DNA of 64,000 bases from Thermoanaerobaculia bacterium (GTDB lineage: Bacteria > Acidobacteriota > Thermoanaerobaculia > Multivoradales > JAHEKO01): assembly GCA_963781065.1 (NCBI GenBank), contig CAWAET010000002.1, positions 146,462 to 210,461 on the forward strand. The letters are read 5' to 3'. The notes below the pieces were generated by a model. The model saw only the letters and a list, made by a program, of their open reading frames with translations. It made no database searches and was not told the DNA's origin. Below are positions 58,019 to 64,000 of the stretch, in pieces. Within the stretch, counting starts at the first letter, position 1. Every line of letters begins with the position of its first letter. The position numbers and the translations under genes are program-made.

Positions 58019-58882
58019 ATGCGAGTCCTCGTCGCCTGTCCCCGCTGCGCGCGTCAGTTCGACGCCGCCGATCGCCCGGTCGGAAGCCGGTTCCGCTGTC
58101 TCTGTGGCGCCGCCTTGACCGTTCCCGAGCCTCGGGCGCGCGACGCCGCGGTGGTGCGCTGCTCCGCCTGTGGCGCCCCCCGCGAGAAGGGCGTCGCGGC
58201 GTGCGGCTTCTGCGGCGCCGACTTCACGCTGCACGAGCGGGACCTGCACACCCTCTGCCCCGGCTGCATGGCGCGGGTGAGCGATCGAGCGCGCTACTGC
58301 CACCACTGCGCGACACCGCTGCTGCCGCAGCCGCTGGGGCCGGTCACCCGGCACGGCTGTCCGGCCTGCGGCGAGGCGGCGCCGTTGACCAGCCGCAGCC
58401 TCGGCGGTCAGCAGGTGCCGATCCTGGAGTGCCAGCGATGTGCCGGTCTGTGGCTGGGCCGCGCGGCCTTCGCCGTCCTGCTCGACCGCGCCCGCCACGA
58501 CGGCGCGATCCGAGACGATCGCGAGGCGCCGCGGCCGGCTCCGAGACAATCCCAGAGCGGCCCCCTCTACCGGCCCTGCCCGGAGTGTGGCGCTCTCATG
58601 CATCGCCGCAACTACGGCCGCCGAAGCGGGGTCATCGTCGACAACTGCAACGCGCACGGTCTCTGGTTCGATGCCCGCGAGCTGGACGATCTGCTGGCCT
58701 GGGCACGACGCGGGGGCGAGGCGGCGACCGCCAGGCGGCAAGCCGAGGAAAGGGGGCAGCTCGACCGGCAGCAACGGCTGCATGAGGAGATCCGGGCCGA
58801 AACCGGCGCCCCGGGGGAGGATGCCGGCAATGTCTGGCTGCTTGACGTGCTCCGCGACCTGGTGAGGCGGTTTCTCGACTGA
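58019..58882 (+). CDS. Multi-zinc-ribbon protein with two TFIIB-type zinc-finger modules
   Basis: ATG 58019. Successive CxxC pairs: CPRC...CLCG, CSAC...CGFCG, CPGC...CHHC, CPACG...CQRCAGLWL, CPECG...CNAHGLWFDARELDDLL. Confidence 0.65.
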   Translation: MRVLVACPRCARQFDAADRPVGSRFRCLCGAALTVPEPRARDAAVVRCSACGAPREKGVAACGFCGADFTLHERDLHTLCPGCMARVSDRARYCHHCATPLLPQPLGPVTRHGCPACGEAAPLTSRSLGGQQVPILECQRCAGLWLGRAAFAVLLDRARHDGAIRDDREAPRPAPRQSQSGPLYRPCPECGALMHRRNYGRRSGVIVDNCNAHGLWFDARELDDLLAWARRGGEAATARRQAEERGQLDRQQRLHEEIRAETGAPGEDAGNVWLLDVLRDLVRRFLD

Positions 58883-59008
58883 AATTGCGGCGACTGAGCT
58901 TTCTACCGCTTTTTCGGCGGCGCCGTGCTACACTTCGCCCGCCGGACGGCCCCGACCCGGTCGCTCGGCACCGGGAGTCGCACCGGCCCCGCGGGTGAGT
59001 CCAGCGAG

Positions 59009-61993
<2,985 letters not shown>

Positions 61994-62099
61994 AAACGGC
62001 GACGGTAGTCGGGGCGCGCCCCGCAAACCCGCCGTTTCGCCTGGTTCCGGGCTCACCGCGACTGGCATCGGCTTTGCTCTATATGAGCTGCCAGAGGCC

Positions 62100-64000
62100 A
62101 TGAGGCTCTGGAATCGCCATATTTTTTCAACGGCCACTTTGGTGCTCGGAGTCCTGCTGGCGCTGGCATCCGGTGGGCCCGCGGCCGCCGACAGCCTGAA
62201 GATCCGCTTCGACCGGCTGTCGGTCGATGACGGACTGGCGCAGCAGGACGTCCACGCCATCCTGCAGGACCGTCTCGGCTTCATCTGGATCGGCACCCAG
62301 GCGGGGCTCAACCGCTTCGACGGCCACGATTTCGACACCTGGCGCCACGACCCCCGCGACCCCACGAGCCTGGGCCACAACTGGATCCTGTCGCTGCTCG
62401 AAGACAGCGGCGGCAACCTGTGGGTGGGAACCCAGGGCGGCGGGCTCAACCTGTGGGACCCCGAGCGCGGCGCCTTCATCCGCTTCCGCTCGGATCCGTC
62501 CAACCCGCACAGCTTGTCCAGCGACCGGGTCCGCGTGCTCTTCGAGGACGGCGCCGGCGAGCTGTGGATCGGCACCGACGGCGGCGGCCTGAACCGCTTC
62601 GATCGCCAGACTTCCCGCTTCCAGCGCTTCCTGCACGACCCGGGAGAACCGACCAGTCTGCACAACAACCGCATTCTGTGCATTCTCGAGGACGGCGCCG
62701 GCCAACTCTGGATCGGCACCGAGGGCGGCGGCCTCGACCGCTTCGACCGGGATACCGGCGAGTTCACTTCCTACCTGCGCAGCGCCGAGAACCCGCGCGG
62801 CATCGACGCCACGCGGGTTCGCACGGTCTTCGAGGACTCTCCCGGCGTGCTCTGGATCGGCACCTACGAGGACGGTCTGTTCCGCTACGAGACCGAGTCC
62901 GATTCGTACCGGCGCTTCACTCACGATCCGCGACAGCCCAGCACCCTGAGCTCGGATCGGGTGCGCACCATCTACCGCGACGATCAGGGGCTGCTTTGGA
63001 TCGGCACCGATAGCGGTCTCAACCTCTGGCAGCCCGACTCGCAGACCTTCACCCGCTTCGTCTACGACCCCGCCAACCCCCACAGCATCAGCGCCGACCG
63101 GGTGGTGACGATCTTCCAGGACCGCGGCGGCGTGCTCTGGATCGGGGTCCAGGGCGGCGGGCTGAACAAGTGGAACACCCGGTCCGGCCTGTTCACCACC
63201 TACAGCGAGGAGCCCGACAATCCCGAGAGCTTGAGCGACAACGTGGTCACCTCGCTGGAGGAAGAGCCGGACGGGACCGTCTGGATCGGCACCTACGGCG
63301 GCGGCCTCAACCGGCGCGATCGCGCCTCGAGCCGGTTTCGCCACTACCGCCACGACCCGGCAGATCCCCACAGCCTGGCCGACGACCGCGTCATGTCGCT
63401 GCTGATCGACAGCGAAGGCGTGCTTTGGGCCGGCACCTACGAGGGCGGACTGCATCGGCTCGACCGCGCCAGCGGCCGCTTTGAGCGCTTCACCCATAGG
63501 CCGGGAGATCCCCGCAGCATCAGCGGCAACGGCATCACGGTCATCTACGAGAGCCGCGACGGCTTCCTGTGGATCGGCACGCTCAACGGGCTCAACCGGT
63601 TCGATCGGCGCGACGGCCGCTTCGTCTCCTACCAGCACGATCCGGGCAACCCGACCAGCCTCAGCGGCGACCGCGTGCTGGCGATCGTCGAGGACAGCGC
63701 CGGCGACCTGTGGGTCGGCACCGACGGCGGCGGCCTCAACCGCTTCGACCGGGCCAGCGGCGCCTTCAGCCGCTACCGCCACGATCCGACCAACGAGCGC
63801 AGCCTGAGCGGCGACTCGGTCACGACCATCGCGGAGGACTCGGCCGGCGTGCTGTGGATCGGCACCCAGAGTGGGCTCAACCGCTGGGAGGCGGCCTCAC
63901 GGGCCGCCTTCCAGGGCGTCTTCCGCCGCTACTCAGAGGCCGACGGCCTGCCCAACAGCTCGATCTGGGGCATCCTCGAGGACGGCGCGGGCAACCTCTG
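62100..64000 (+). CDS. Two-component-regulator propeller (Reg_prop) repeat sensor protein, N-terminal part; the ORF runs off the window
   Basis: Not in the ORF track because it has no stop. ATG 62100 gives MRLWNRHIFSTATLVLGVLLALASGGPAAADS (signal). About 14 repeats of ~45 aa follow, with the pattern ...LWIGTxGGGLNRFDxxxxxFxxYxHDPxxPxSLSxxxV.... The frame stays open to position 64000. Confidence 0.85.
   Translation, partial: MRLWNRHIFSTATLVLGVLLALASGGPAAADSLKIRFDRLSVDDGLAQQDVHAILQDRLGFIWIGTQAGLNRFDGHDFDTWRHDPRDPTSLGHNWILSLLEDSGGNLWVGTQGGGLNLWDPERGAFIRFRSDPSNPHSLSSDRVRVLFEDGAGELWIGTDGGGLNRFDRQTSRFQRFLHDPGEPTSLHNNRILCILEDGAGQLWIGTEGGGLDRFDRDTGEFTSYLRSAENPRGIDATRVRTVFEDSPGVLWIGTYEDGLFRYETESDSYRRFTHDPRQPSTLSSDRVRTIYRDDQGLLWIGTDSGLNLWQPDSQTFTRFVYDPANPHSISADRVVTIFQDRGGVLWIGVQGGGLNKWNTRSGLFTTYSEEPDNPESLSDNVVTSLEEEPDGTVWIGTYGGGLNRRDRASSRFRHYRHDPADPHSLADDRVMSLLIDSEGVLWAGTYEGGLHRLDRASGRFERFTHRPGDPRSISGNGITVIYESRDGFLWIGTLNGLNRFDRRDGRFVSYQHDPGNPTSLSGDRVLAIVEDSAGDLWVGTDGGGLNRFDRASGAFSRYRHDPTNERSLSGDSVTTIAEDSAGVLWIGTQSGLNRWEAASRAAFQGVFRRYSEADGLPNSSIWGILEDGAGNL

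Overview
High-GC bacterial chromosomal window, densely coded on both strands. Lipoprotein signals and an outer-membrane beta-barrel point to a Gram-negative-type cell envelope. No rRNA, intact tRNA, CRISPR array, transposase or integrase was recognised.

Contents from left to right:
- lepA-hemW and a metallophosphoesterase.
- A complete histidine operon: promoter, His-rich leader peptide and attenuator, then hisG, a hisC-HAD fusion, hisB, a hisH-hisF fusion, a hisA-hisI-hisE fusion and hisD. All junctions are 4-nt overlaps. The 5' two-thirds is riddled with frame disruptions as assembled.
- An accessory-looking block: SWIM-SNF2 helicase, a signal-less S8 subtilase carrying a 33-bp tandem repeat, a TPR-CHAT caspase-like lipoprotein translationally coupled to the subtilase, and a membrane MutS-like ATPase.
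- Housekeeping genes: class IV aminotransferase, infC, M14-like hydrolase, class V aminotransferase, nadE, ytxJ-like, folK-folB-SDR.
- A 940-bp hairpin-rich intergenic region with a perfect TGTGA-N6-TCACA palindrome, followed by a metal-uptake cluster without an ATPase.
- A PilZ protein, a class A PBP and a GT2 glycosyltransferase.
- A mobA-ydeP-fdhD molybdoenzyme operon.
- A ~190-nt nested imperfect palindrome (MITE-like or structured-RNA-like).
- An M28 peptidase and a response regulator / ECF sigma / anti-sigma / choice-of-anchor-B module.
- A tRNA-Gly(UCC) 3' half abutting a stop codon, next to a lower-GC nucleotidyltransferase cassette.
- A fused E1 alpha/beta dehydrogenase and a multi-zinc-ribbon protein.
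- A sigma-54 activator with a degenerate GGDEF domain that keeps its I-site, plus a GAF domain.
- A partial propeller-repeat sensor that runs off the window and is absent from the ORF track.

Most long ORFs antisense to, or out of frame with, these genes are GC-driven shadow ORFs. The best candidate for an undescribed system is the CHAT + S8 two-protease operon at 16.6-22.9 kb.
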